A DNA stretch of 64,000 nucleotides from the NCBI GenBank assembly GCA_963643725.1, contig CAVILR010000004.1:5438-69437 (forward strand), read 5' to 3'. The notes beneath the pieces were generated by a model that saw nothing but the letters and a program-made list of their open reading frames with translations, did no database searches and was not told the DNA's origin. Positions 19,381 through 28,399 of the stretch are shown here, one piece after another. Origin of the DNA: Lachnospiraceae bacterium (GTDB taxonomy: Bacteria; Bacillota_I; Bacilli_A; RFN20; CAG-826). A program made the position numbers and the translations under genes. Positions within the stretch are counted from its first letter, which is position 1; each line of letters begins with the position of its first letter.

Positions 19381-20349
19381 TTATTCCTTTCCATCAGGAT
19401 AGATGACTGATTCTATTATATATGGAGGTCGTTTGTTGCTCTCAACATACGCTCTATTCGCGTAGCCTCCAACAACAAAGACGCAAAATTCAATAATTCC
19501 AGATAGAAAAACTAAAACATTAATAATTAACCAACTAAAATAAGCAATTTCACTAATCATGAATACATTCATTGTCTTATCGAGAACAAATATCACTAGT
19601 AGAGCAATAAAAGAAAGTATTGATAAGATGGACGAAACAAAAGCAATTTTAAAAACTGTCAAAAGCAATTTATCAGAAATAATCGTGAAGTAATCAAACG
19701 CATTTTTAAATAATGCTGATTTCTTATAATGGGTCTTTCCACCGACGCGATTTTTACGAACATAACTAACTTCAGTCGTTTTATATCCAGCATATGGAAC
19801 ATCTATTTTTAATACGGGATATTTCTCTGAAAATGAGTTAATTTTATCTACAACTAATCTATCGAGAAGACGAAAATCACCAACATTCATCGGAACGTTA
19901 ATTTTCTTGCTCCATCTATGGAATAACTTATAAAAGACTTTAACAAATAACTTAGACAAACCTTTTTCTTCTCTTGATGAACGTTTGCCGTTAACAACTA
20001 GAAAACCTTCTTCCCATTTTTTTATCATCTCTGGAATGATAGAAGGGTCATCTTGTAAATCTCCATCTAGAGGAATAATCGCGTCACCTCTAGCAATCTT
20101 TAGTCCTGCAGCAACCGCCTCTTCGTGGCCAAAGCTACGAGAAAGGCGAACAAGTACGATATTATCTTGCTTATTTCTTGCATCGAGTAACAATTTATAA
20201 GTGCCTTCATCAGGCAAATCGGTAACAAAAACTAATTCAAAATCGTATTTGTCTTTCAAAGAATCAACAATTGGATTAACCGCCTTAAAAAAGAAAGGTA
20301 ATGATTGTTCTTCGTGATAAACCGGTATTACAAGAGAAATCTTTTTCAT
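19381..20349 (-). CDS. GT2 polyprenyl-phosphate glycosyltransferase (GtrB/DPM1/ArnC type)
   Basis: ISLVIPVYHEE..., LDGDLQDDP, GDFRLLDR, then two C-terminal TM helices, which is the architecture of lipid-phosphate sugar synthases. Confidence 0.8.
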   Translation of the reverse strand: MKKISLVIPVYHEEQSLPFFFKAVNPIVDSLKDKYDFELVFVTDLPDEGTYKLLLDARNKQDNIVLVRLSRSFGHEEAVAAGLKIARGDAIIPLDGDLQDDPSIIPEMIKKWEEGFLVVNGKRSSREEKGLSKLFVKVFYKLFHRWSKKINVPMNVGDFRLLDRLVVDKINSFSEKYPVLKIDVPYAGYKTTEVSYVRKNRVGGKTHYKKSALFKNAFDYFTIISDKLLLTVFKIAFVSSILSILSFIALLVIFVLDKTMNVFMISEIAYFSWLIINVLVFLSGIIEFCVFVVGGYANRAYVESNKRPPYIIESVIYPDGKE

Positions 20350-20501
20350 ATTTGATAACGAAAATATTATATTATTTTCACTTCGTTCATAAAAGAGTTA
20401 ATGATGAGCAGTTTCCTCATTCGTTAACTATTCATTATCTCAACTTATCTCTTTAATCACTTCAATATGCTAAAATGTGTCTACCACGAAAGGAATTTAA
20501 T

Positions 20502-22187
20502 ATGAAAAAAAGTGCGATAGAAAAATATAATGAATGGCTTAATTCTCCTCATCTTTCTACTGATGAAAAAGAAGAATTAATCGCCATCAAAGATAATAAT
20601 AAAGAAATTGAAGAACGATTCGCTCTCGATTTAGAATTTGGCACAGCCGGATTAAGAGGCATCATGACCATGGGTACGAATCGAATGAATAAATATGTCA
20701 TTCGTCATGCAACGCAAGGTTTAGCGAATTATTTACTCAAAAACTATAAAAATCCGAGTGTTGCTATAGCCTATGATTCACGAAATAATTCTTCATTTTT
20801 TGCAAGTGAAGCGGCGATTGTCTTAGCCAGTAATGGCGTCAAAGCATATATCTATAAAGAACTTATGCCTACTCCGGCATTATCCTTCGCGGTTAGACAT
20901 CTTCACACTCAAGCAGGAATCGTCGTCACAGCCTCTCATAACCCGAAGATGTATAACGGTTATAAATGTTATGGAAGCGATGGCTGTCAAATGACCGATA
21001 AAAATGCATCAGACGTCTATCAAGAAATCGAAAAAATAGATATGTTCGATGTTAAATATGGAGATGAAGCCACGTTAAGAAAAGAAGGACTAATCGAAAC
21101 AATTTCTGATGATATAGCTTTAGCATTCATCGATTCAGATTTAAAACAATCGCTAATAAACCAAGAGAAGATTTTAAATATCGCCTACACTCCATTAAAT
21201 GGTGCAGGCTATAAAAGCGTAACTTCAATATTGGCTAAAGATGGATTTAAACACGTCGATGTCGTAAAAGAGCAAAAAGACCCAGATGGAAACTTCCCAA
21301 CTGCCCCTTATCCAAATCCTGAAATGAAGGACGCCTTAACCCTCGGCATTAAATTATTAATTGAAAAAAATGATGACATATTAATCGCGACCGACCCCGA
21401 TAGCGATCGACTCGGCGTCGTCGTCAATCAGCATGGAAATCCAATTATTTTAACGGGCAATGAAGTCGGAATATTGCTATTTGATTTTGCTTATCTAGCA
21501 AGAAAAGAAAAAGGAACACTTCCTTCTAAACCATTTGCTGTTAAAACAATTGTTAGTTCAGATTTAGTTAACATTATCGCTAAGAAAAGAGGAATTGAAT
21601 TAACTGAAGTCTTGACGGGCTTTAAATATATTGGCGAACAAATTCTCTTCCTTGAAGAAAAAGGAGAAGAAAATAGATTCATCTTCGGATATGAAGAATC
21701 ATGCGGTTATCTAACTAACCCAGATATCCGCGATAAAGACGCTGTAAATGCATCACTATTAATATGCGAAACAGCAAACTATTATAAGCATAAAAACATG
21801 ACAATTTATGATAGATTGCAGGAGATTTACCAAGAATTCGGTGATTATAAAACCGCGACAATCGCATATGAATTCCAAGGATTAACAGGAAAAGAGCATA
21901 TTCAAAAAATCATGAAGGATTTTAGAAGCAAAGAAATTGAAAATAAAATCCCTAATATTGAACACATCGGTGACTATCTTGAGCAAGTTGTTCATTTTCT
22001 AGATCATAATGAACCGACCAACCTACCAAAGAGCAATGTTGTTAAGTTCTTCCTTAAAAATGGCGAAACAATAACTATCCGTCCAAGCGGAACTGAGCCA
22101 AAACTTAAAGCCTACATATTTGCATTTGGTGATGACAATTTAAAGAAATATATTAGAATAATAGACGAAATAATTAAGGAGGATTAA
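20502..22187 (+). CDS. pgcA: phosphoglucomutase/phosphomannomutase (alpha-D-phosphohexomutase)
   Basis: Active-site TASHNPKMYNGYK, ATDPDSDR metal loop, GYEESCGY. Start moved to the ATG at 20502, preceded by GAAAGGA. Confidence 0.9.
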   Translation: MKKSAIEKYNEWLNSPHLSTDEKEELIAIKDNNKEIEERFALDLEFGTAGLRGIMTMGTNRMNKYVIRHATQGLANYLLKNYKNPSVAIAYDSRNNSSFFASEAAIVLASNGVKAYIYKELMPTPALSFAVRHLHTQAGIVVTASHNPKMYNGYKCYGSDGCQMTDKNASDVYQEIEKIDMFDVKYGDEATLRKEGLIETISDDIALAFIDSDLKQSLINQEKILNIAYTPLNGAGYKSVTSILAKDGFKHVDVVKEQKDPDGNFPTAPYPNPEMKDALTLGIKLLIEKNDDILIATDPDSDRLGVVVNQHGNPIILTGNEVGILLFDFAYLARKEKGTLPSKPFAVKTIVSSDLVNIIAKKRGIELTEVLTGFKYIGEQILFLEEKGEENRFIFGYEESCGYLTNPDIRDKDAVNASLLICETANYYKHKNMTIYDRLQEIYQEFGDYKTATIAYEFQGLTGKEHIQKIMKDFRSKEIENKIPNIEHIGDYLEQVVHFLDHNEPTNLPKSNVVKFFLKNGETITIRPSGTEPKLKAYIFAFGDDNLKKYIRIIDEIIKED

Positions 22188-22190
22188 AAA

Positions 22191-22595
22191 ATGGTCGGTC
22201 GTTTATCAAAAATCTTTTATAAGGTTAGCTACATTCTTTCAATTGTGTTCATCGCGTTAATCGCTATCACAGCGATTTTACTAGGAGCAATTTTAGGCGC
22301 GGCGATTGCTAATGAAACAATCGATCCAAATGATACAGCGTTAGCTATATCAATGCTAATTAGTTTTGAATTAAGTTTTGTTAGTTCACTAGTTTTATGC
22401 ATTTTGAATCTTGTAATGACTAAACGCGCGAGTAATAACCCAACAAAACAAAATCACATTACAGCGATTGTCTTTGGGGCGTTATCAGGTGTTTATTTTG
22501 GCGTTGCCGCGGGCATCTTAGGACTTGTCGATTTAAAAAATCAACCTAAGACAGAAGAGAAACCTGAAGCAGTTGACGTTAAACCAGCTGAATAA
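22191..22595 (+). CDS. small membrane protein (3-4 TM)
   Basis: 134 aa and hydrophobic. AGGAGG lies within the upstream stop region. Followed by a terminator. Confidence 0.5.
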   Translation: MVGRLSKIFYKVSYILSIVFIALIAITAILLGAILGAAIANETIDPNDTALAISMLISFELSFVSSLVLCILNLVMTKRASNNPTKQNHITAIVFGALSGVYFGVAAGILGLVDLKNQPKTEEKPEAVDVKPAE

Positions 22596-22613
22596 AAAAC
22601 TAAATCAAATAAA

Positions 22614-22636
22614 GGCCGACTCAATCGGTCTTTTTT
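22614..22636 (+). terminator. rho-independent terminator
   Basis: GGCCGA-ctcaa-TCGGTC stem (one G-U pair) followed by TTTTTT. It overlaps the stop codon of the convergent aminotransferase gene. Confidence 0.55.
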
Positions 22637-23790
22637 GTTAGAAATCTATTTAGCGACTCGCATAAGCGAATAATGTTTTTCTTAGAAGTAGCAATATTGA
22701 TGCGAATATAATTCTTCCCCTCTTCTCCAAATATATTTCCTGGAGAAATCAATATTCCTTCTTGTTTATAAAACCTTTTTTGAAACGCTTCACCATCTTT
22801 AAATCGAGAAGGAATCTTAAACCATAATAAATAAGTTGCCTCGCCCTTGATTAAATGAAGACCAAGCTTATCTAAATTATAAGAAGCAATTATTTCTTTA
22901 TTCTCTTTTAAATAAGCACAAAGCTCCTGGTTCCATTTAAGTCCATATTGCCAGGCTGCGATTGAAGCAAAAACGCCAAAACAGTTAGGCTCGCCTACAT
23001 CTCTTTTGTATAATTCATTCGCTAAATCTCTTCGAAGAGCAAAATCTTTGACAATAGCAATTGATGATTGAGTGCCAGCTAGATTAAAACTCTTGCTCGC
23101 CGAATTTAAAACGATGATATTTTCATATTCATCAAACCAATTTATTAATGATGTGTATTCAGTGTTTGAAAGAATGATATCTGAGTGAATTTCATCAGAA
23201 ATTATTAATACGTTATGCTTTTTTGCTAACATAACGATTTTATTTATCTCTCCTATAGTAAAGATTTTTCCTCCAGGATTATGAGGATTAGCAAGTAAAA
23301 GAAATTTAATATCTTCCTCTTCGAGTAATGCCTCAAATAATGAGAAATCAATTTGATATTCAAAACTCTTTTTTACAAAGGGACAAGACAATAAATTTAA
23401 TTGATGATTTCTAATGCAACTATAAAAAGTGTTATAAATTGGTGTGAACATAATCACACCATCTCCAGGTTTAGAGAATTTAGAAAATATACAATCAATA
23501 GAGGCAATTACCGAGGTCGAGAAAATGAGCCATTCTCGAGATAATTCGATATTATGTCGAACCTTTTCCCAGTGCATAAACGCATAATAAAAGTCTTCTG
23601 GAACATCTAAATATCCAAATGAACCAATGTTGATACGTTCATTTAATACATCAATAATTTCAGGTAGTACTTTAAAATCCATATCCGCGATAGACATGGA
23701 CAATTCCTCTTTGCCTACATCCGCATATCGAGAAAATGATTTATTTCTAAGAGCAGCGATTTCATCAAAATTATATTTCATTGTCTTCAA
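22621..23790 (-). CDS. MalY/PatB-type PLP-dependent C-S lyase (class I/II aminotransferase fold)
   Basis: KYNFDEI..R N-terminus, MSIADMDF, ANPHNPGG, NSASKSFNLAG (PLP lysine). Confidence 0.75.
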   Translation of the reverse strand: MKTMKYNFDEIAALRNKSFSRYADVGKEELSMSIADMDFKVLPEIIDVLNERINIGSFGYLDVPEDFYYAFMHWEKVRHNIELSREWLIFSTSVIASIDCIFSKFSKPGDGVIMFTPIYNTFYSCIRNHQLNLLSCPFVKKSFEYQIDFSLFEALLEEEDIKFLLLANPHNPGGKIFTIGEINKIVMLAKKHNVLIISDEIHSDIILSNTEYTSLINWFDEYENIIVLNSASKSFNLAGTQSSIAIVKDFALRRDLANELYKRDVGEPNCFGVFASIAAWQYGLKWNQELCAYLKENKEIIASYNLDKLGLHLIKGEATYLLWFKIPSRFKDGEAFQKRFYKQEGILISPGNIFGEEGKNYIRINIATSKKNIIRLCESLNRFLTKKTD

Positions 23791-24619
23791 CTATTATTTT
23801 AACCTTAGTATTATCGATAGAATCGTCGTTTTGAATCAACTCATCAACGCTTTTAACTCTAATGATTCCCGACAACGGATTTTTAATAGATATAACTTTA
23901 GAAGTAATGTTTGCGTCAATGTTCTTCGAATATTCAAAGCACAAATCAGAATCGATTACTTCGCAGTTGATAAGTTTAACATTATCCATATAACAAAATC
24001 CTTGGTGAGAGGAAATAATGCAGTTAATAAATGTGATGTTTTTGCTATTCCAACCAATATATTCACCGATTATTTTTGAATTTTTGACGGTGACATTTTT
24101 CGCATTCCAAAATGAATCCTTACTATTTAGCATAGAGTTAGTGATAGTTAAATTTTCGCCTCCATCAAAGAAATAATTGCCATCAAGATGCATATTATCA
24201 ATGGTTACGTTCTTTGAATTCATAGCAAAATAATCGCCTTTCACTTGAACATTTTTAAGGTCGATATTTTCGCAATTCCACATCGTTTCGCTGGCGTTTT
24301 GCATAGAAACATTCTCTAATGCAATATGTTTTGAACGCCTAAATGTCTTCGGCGCGTCGATTCTTGAATTTTTGATAATAATATGAGAAGTATACCAAAT
24401 TCCACTTCTGGCATTTTCTTCTAATATTATGTTTTCTGCCTTGATATTAGATGAATACCATAACGGATATTTCCATTGAAATGAGGTATTTTCTAATTTG
24501 ATATTTTTTGATTCTTTTAAAGGCGATTCACCAAAACCAAATATGCAATCTTTAATCTCGACGTCGAGACTTTTAAATAATGATCTTTCGCCGGTGAATG
24601 TTTCATTAACGCATTTCAT
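23771..24619 (-). CDS. DUF3737-like beta-helix repeat protein
   Basis: Repeating N(V/I)T..N/W.. roughly 22-aa units along the length (NVTIDNMHLDG, NLTITNSMLNS, NVTVKNSKIIG, NITFINCIISS). GERSLF and ESPLKE near the N-terminus. Confidence 0.55.
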   Translation of the reverse strand: MKCVNETFTGERSLFKSLDVEIKDCIFGFGESPLKESKNIKLENTSFQWKYPLWYSSNIKAENIILEENARSGIWYTSHIIIKNSRIDAPKTFRRSKHIALENVSMQNASETMWNCENIDLKNVQVKGDYFAMNSKNVTIDNMHLDGNYFFDGGENLTITNSMLNSKDSFWNAKNVTVKNSKIIGEYIGWNSKNITFINCIISSHQGFCYMDNVKLINCEVIDSDLCFEYSKNIDANITSKVISIKNPLSGIIRVKSVDELIQNDDSIDNTKVKIIVEDNEI

Positions 24620-24714
24620 AAGTAATACAATAAAACAATTATTGTAACTTTACAAAGTAAAATGCTTAAACAAATATAGACTAACAACTAAAAAGACCAT
24701 ATCATAATGTAGTC

Positions 24715-26418
24715 ATGTTGAAAAAGAAATTTACATTAGGTTTAATCTTCGCATCAATATCATTTACATTGACGATTTTTACGATTGTCAATGCTTTCAT
24801 TCCGGGCACTGCGTCTGGTAATTTCTCAGATTTTTTTGGAAACATCATCAAGTTTGTAATAAACGATAATAACGAGATCGACCCAACAGAAATTAAAGCC
24901 GAATCAATCGCATTATCTTTAGATAATAGATATAAATACAACTACGTCGAAGGTTATAGCGATAATGAGATGGCCTTTGGTTCAACCAAGAAATTAGTCG
25001 CCGAAATCTACCCAAAAGATGCAACTGAGACGAATATAACATTCACTTCTTCTGATGAAAATGTCCATTTGAATCAAGATAATTTAGGAGTCTTTATCGA
25101 AGCTAATACCTATAGTGAATCATTTACTATAACCGCTTCAATTAAAGACACAGATATTAAAAAAGATTATACCTTCTATGTTAAACCATTAGTGGCCCCA
25201 TTAGATTTTGATATCGAGATTGATGATGAGGTTAAAAATAATCTTACTTCGATAATCAAAGTAACTCCCAAAAGCAGCATTGAAGAAATAAACGACCCAT
25301 TAAAATACTGCCGTTATTTTGATAGTTCTAAACTTACTTATATTTCTTCAAATACATCTATTGCAACCGTTAATAATAACGGCGTTATCATCGCTAAAAG
25401 CGTTGGCTCAACCGAAATAACCGTAACAAATGGAACAATTAGCAAAACTAAAACAATAAATGTCGTTTCAAATGCCTCACCTATAGTCTATCCGGACGAT
25501 AATTGGACTATATCATCCTCTATAAACAAAGCCTACATCGGCGACATGAACTTTGATGGAGTAAATGGCGAAGTTCATAACACCGCTTTAACAATTGATT
25601 GGGGAAGCAATATTCCTAGCGATACAAACGTGATTTATGAAAGCGATAACCCTCTCGCCGCGATGGTGGATCAATCAGGAATCGTCAGAGGATATCGAAC
25701 AACAGGAGTTGCAAATATTAAGGCAACATTAGCAATAGATCCTTCAAAGAGCAAAACGATAAAAATAAATGTCGAAGATGTATTAATTAGTTCGCTACAT
25801 TATGTAAATGAAAAATCATCTATATCAATTGAAAAAGGAGTGACGACGTTAATCTCTCCTAGTTATCTTCCGCTTAACGCAAGTGAAAAGAAATTAGATG
25901 GTGAAGCAAGCGACTCAAGCATTGTCGAGATTGAATCTCGAGGAAGTAAGGTGGCTATTAAAGGATTAGAAAATGGCAAAACGAAAGTAAAAATATATGC
26001 AGTTAGTAATCCTGAAGCAAGCATCGAATATGAAGTAGAGGTTACGCCACTTCGTCCAATTAATAGTTCTAATGAAGATGATTTTATGATGCTGATGCGT
26101 AAATCCATCGGCCATTTATTACTTTTCATGGCTAATGCGATATTTACCACTATAGGGGCGATATTATTATTGAGCGATAAAAAAGAGAAAAAATATAAAT
26201 ATGGATTATATGTTGTTTCTATGCTTTTCGGCTTTGCAATTGCCGGAATATCTGAACTCATTCAAATCGGCATTCCTGGCCGTTCAGGCAGATGGAAAGA
26301 TGTTGGCATCGACACATTAGGATATGCGATTGGCTTATTGCTCGTAATATTAGTAATGTTATCGCTTTATTTCATAAGAAAAATTATCGCAAAGAAAAAG
26401 CAAAAAGACGCTGAATAA
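24715..26418 (+). CDS. surface protein with Big_2 (bacterial Ig-like) repeats fused to a C-terminal VanZ-like membrane domain
   Basis: N-terminal signal/anchor helix. Several Big_2-like units (SSNTSIATVNNNGVIIAKSVGSTEITV; SDSSIVEIESRGSKVAIKGLENGKTKVKIY). C-terminus HLLLFMANAIF...ELIQIGIPGRSGRWKDVGIDTLGYAIG is a VanZ pattern. Confidence 0.7.
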   Translation: MLKKKFTLGLIFASISFTLTIFTIVNAFIPGTASGNFSDFFGNIIKFVINDNNEIDPTEIKAESIALSLDNRYKYNYVEGYSDNEMAFGSTKKLVAEIYPKDATETNITFTSSDENVHLNQDNLGVFIEANTYSESFTITASIKDTDIKKDYTFYVKPLVAPLDFDIEIDDEVKNNLTSIIKVTPKSSIEEINDPLKYCRYFDSSKLTYISSNTSIATVNNNGVIIAKSVGSTEITVTNGTISKTKTINVVSNASPIVYPDDNWTISSSINKAYIGDMNFDGVNGEVHNTALTIDWGSNIPSDTNVIYESDNPLAAMVDQSGIVRGYRTTGVANIKATLAIDPSKSKTIKINVEDVLISSLHYVNEKSSISIEKGVTTLISPSYLPLNASEKKLDGEASDSSIVEIESRGSKVAIKGLENGKTKVKIYAVSNPEASIEYEVEVTPLRPINSSNEDDFMMLMRKSIGHLLLFMANAIFTTIGAILLLSDKKEKKYKYGLYVVSMLFGFAIAGISELIQIGIPGRSGRWKDVGIDTLGYAIGLLLVILVMLSLYFIRKIIAKKKQKDAE

Positions 26419-26420
26419 AT

Positions 26421-27356
26421 TTATTTAATAATGAATTCAGAACGCGAGACAGGGCGATCGATATAAGCTAAGATATCGTTATAAATTTCTTTCTTGTTAG
26501 CTTCGTTTAACAATTCGTGACGTAAATCTTGATAGAGTTTAAGTTCAACATTATCTAAGCCAAGTTTACGATACATCTCATATAATTTTAATGGTCCTTT
26601 GCCATGCGCCCCGACAGGGTCATCTGTACCAGAGACAATTAAAATGTTCATATCTTTGCGGATTTTCTTTAAAAATTTCTTTTGATATAGACGATTACAA
26701 CCCTTCATGAATTCATAGTAGAATCCATGCGTGGATACATAGCCACATTGTGCATCATCAATATATTTAGCAACATTTTCCTTATCTAGTGAAAGCCAAT
26801 CAGACATTGTTTCGCGATCTTTAAATCTTTTCGCATACATGCCAAAAATCATCTTATCCATAAAGAAATGTTTCTCATTTCGATTCTTCTTAGTTAAGGT
26901 TAATTTTGCAAATGCTTTACCAAATTTATAAGTTAATCTAGCGTTAGGACCATTAGAACCAACGATGACAATTTTATTAATATGTTGAGTGAATCGTTGA
27001 ATATAATCTTGAAGCATGAAACTGCCCATGCTATGAGCTAATATTGTCGTTGGAAGAAGTGATTCTCGACATGAAGAAACAATTTGGTCAATATTTTTAA
27101 CAGACTTAGAAAAGAAAGAAGTTGGGACCACGCCTTGCTCTTCAGGAGTTTTAGCGTTTAGCCCTTGTCCATAATGGTCGATACAAAAAACATCGTAACC
27201 ATTTTTATTTAAAAATGTCGCAAAATCATCATAACGTAATGCATATTCTTCCATACCCGTCACAATGATGACATTTCCTTTTGGCTTTTCAATTGTCCAA
27301 GCATAGCCATACAATGTATCGCCAAATTTCGTATCTAATTTAACTTCAGTTCTCAT
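26421..27356 (-). CDS. alpha/beta hydrolase (lysophospholipase/monoacylglycerol lipase-like)
   Basis: Nucleophile elbow AHSMGS, with GTDDPV and HE near the C-terminus. Start trimmed to the ATG at 27356 (GAGAGGGAAC RBS), which removes the apparent overlap with galE. Confidence 0.75.
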   Translation of the reverse strand: MRTEVKLDTKFGDTLYGYAWTIEKPKGNVIIVTGMEEYALRYDDFATFLNKNGYDVFCIDHYGQGLNAKTPEEQGVVPTSFFSKSVKNIDQIVSSCRESLLPTTILAHSMGSFMLQDYIQRFTQHINKIVIVGSNGPNARLTYKFGKAFAKLTLTKKNRNEKHFFMDKMIFGMYAKRFKDRETMSDWLSLDKENVAKYIDDAQCGYVSTHGFYYEFMKGCNRLYQKKFLKKIRKDMNILIVSGTDDPVGAHGKGPLKLYEMYRKLGLDNVELKLYQDLRHELLNEANKKEIYNDILAYIDRPVSRSEFIIK

Positions 27357-27367
27357 ATCGTTCCCTC

Positions 27368-28393
27368 TCAATTTAATCCATTCGGATTTTTCTTTTGCCA
27401 GTTCCATGAATGCTTACAGCAATCAACAATATTATATTGGCATTTAAAGCCAATCTCATTCAACGCTTTATGACAATCTGCATAGCATTCAGCAATATCG
27501 CCATCTCGACGACCAACAATTTCGTAAGGAATAACAATGTCGTTTGCCTTCATAAAAGCATTCACAAGTTCTAGAACAGTTGTGCCGACGCTTGTTCCAA
27601 GATTATAAATGACTAAACCTGGATTTTCTTCGAGTTTTTTAAGCGTTAGCACATGTCCACGAGCTAAGTCGCAAACGTGTACATAGTCGCGAATGCATGT
27701 TCCATCGCGAGTTGGATAATCATTGCCAAATACATTAAGTTTCGGACGTAAACCGATAGCAACTTGAGTAACAAAAGGCATTAAATTATTAGGAATACCT
27801 TTCGGATCTTCACCTATAAGTCCGCTGGGATGCGCGCCGATAGGATTGAAATAGCGAAGAATCGCTATATTCATCGATTTATCTTGTTTAGCTAAATCAT
27901 GCAAAATATATTCGATTTGAACTTTTGTATCCGCATAAGGATTAGTGACTTCACCAATTGGGTCGCTTTCAACAATTGGAACACGTTTAGGATTACCATA
28001 TACTGTTGCTGAGGATGAAAAGACAATATTTTTTACACCATGTTTATCCATGATTTTTAATAACGCTTTTGTCGAACCAATATTGTTATCAAAATATAAC
28101 TTAGGTTTTTGAACTGATTCACCAACAGCTTTTAAACCTGCGAAATGGATGACCGCGTCAATCTTGTGTTCGCTAAATATTTTGTCTAATAAATCTTCAT
28201 CGCGGACATCGCCTTGATAAAAACTAGGTCGAACTCCAGATATCTTCTCAATACGATTCAATGCTTCAATCTTTGAATTGCATAAATTATCGATAATGAT
28301 TGGAGTATAACCATTTTCAATTAAACTTATTGTCGTATGGCTACCTATATAGCCTAGACCACCTGTAACAAGAATTTTGTCAAACTTTTGCAT
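27368..28393 (-). CDS. galE: UDP-glucose 4-epimerase
   Basis: ILVTGGLGYIGSH, SSSATVYG, YADTK (YxxxK), RYFNPIGAH, GTCIRDYVHV. Confidence 0.9.
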   Translation of the reverse strand: MQKFDKILVTGGLGYIGSHTTISLIENGYTPIIIDNLCNSKIEALNRIEKISGVRPSFYQGDVRDEDLLDKIFSEHKIDAVIHFAGLKAVGESVQKPKLYFDNNIGSTKALLKIMDKHGVKNIVFSSSATVYGNPKRVPIVESDPIGEVTNPYADTKVQIEYILHDLAKQDKSMNIAILRYFNPIGAHPSGLIGEDPKGIPNNLMPFVTQVAIGLRPKLNVFGNDYPTRDGTCIRDYVHVCDLARGHVLTLKKLEENPGLVIYNLGTSVGTTVLELVNAFMKANDIVIPYEIVGRRDGDIAECYADCHKALNEIGFKCQYNIVDCCKHSWNWQKKNPNGLN

Positions 28394-28399
28394 AGATTT

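Noticed and set aside
23627-26261. Long antisense ORFs 23627..24079 (+), 24702..24941 (-) and 25863..26261 (-)
   Set aside because: Each lies fully opposite a recognisable gene (PatB-like/DUF3737, Big_2-VanZ) and translates to low-complexity sequence. They are typical spurious ORFs in AT-rich DNA. The same reasoning applies to the other short nested ORFs in the track, for example 1395..1616, 8090..8308, 19985..20200, 32080..32508, 44400..45150, 52691..53387 and 54978..56261.
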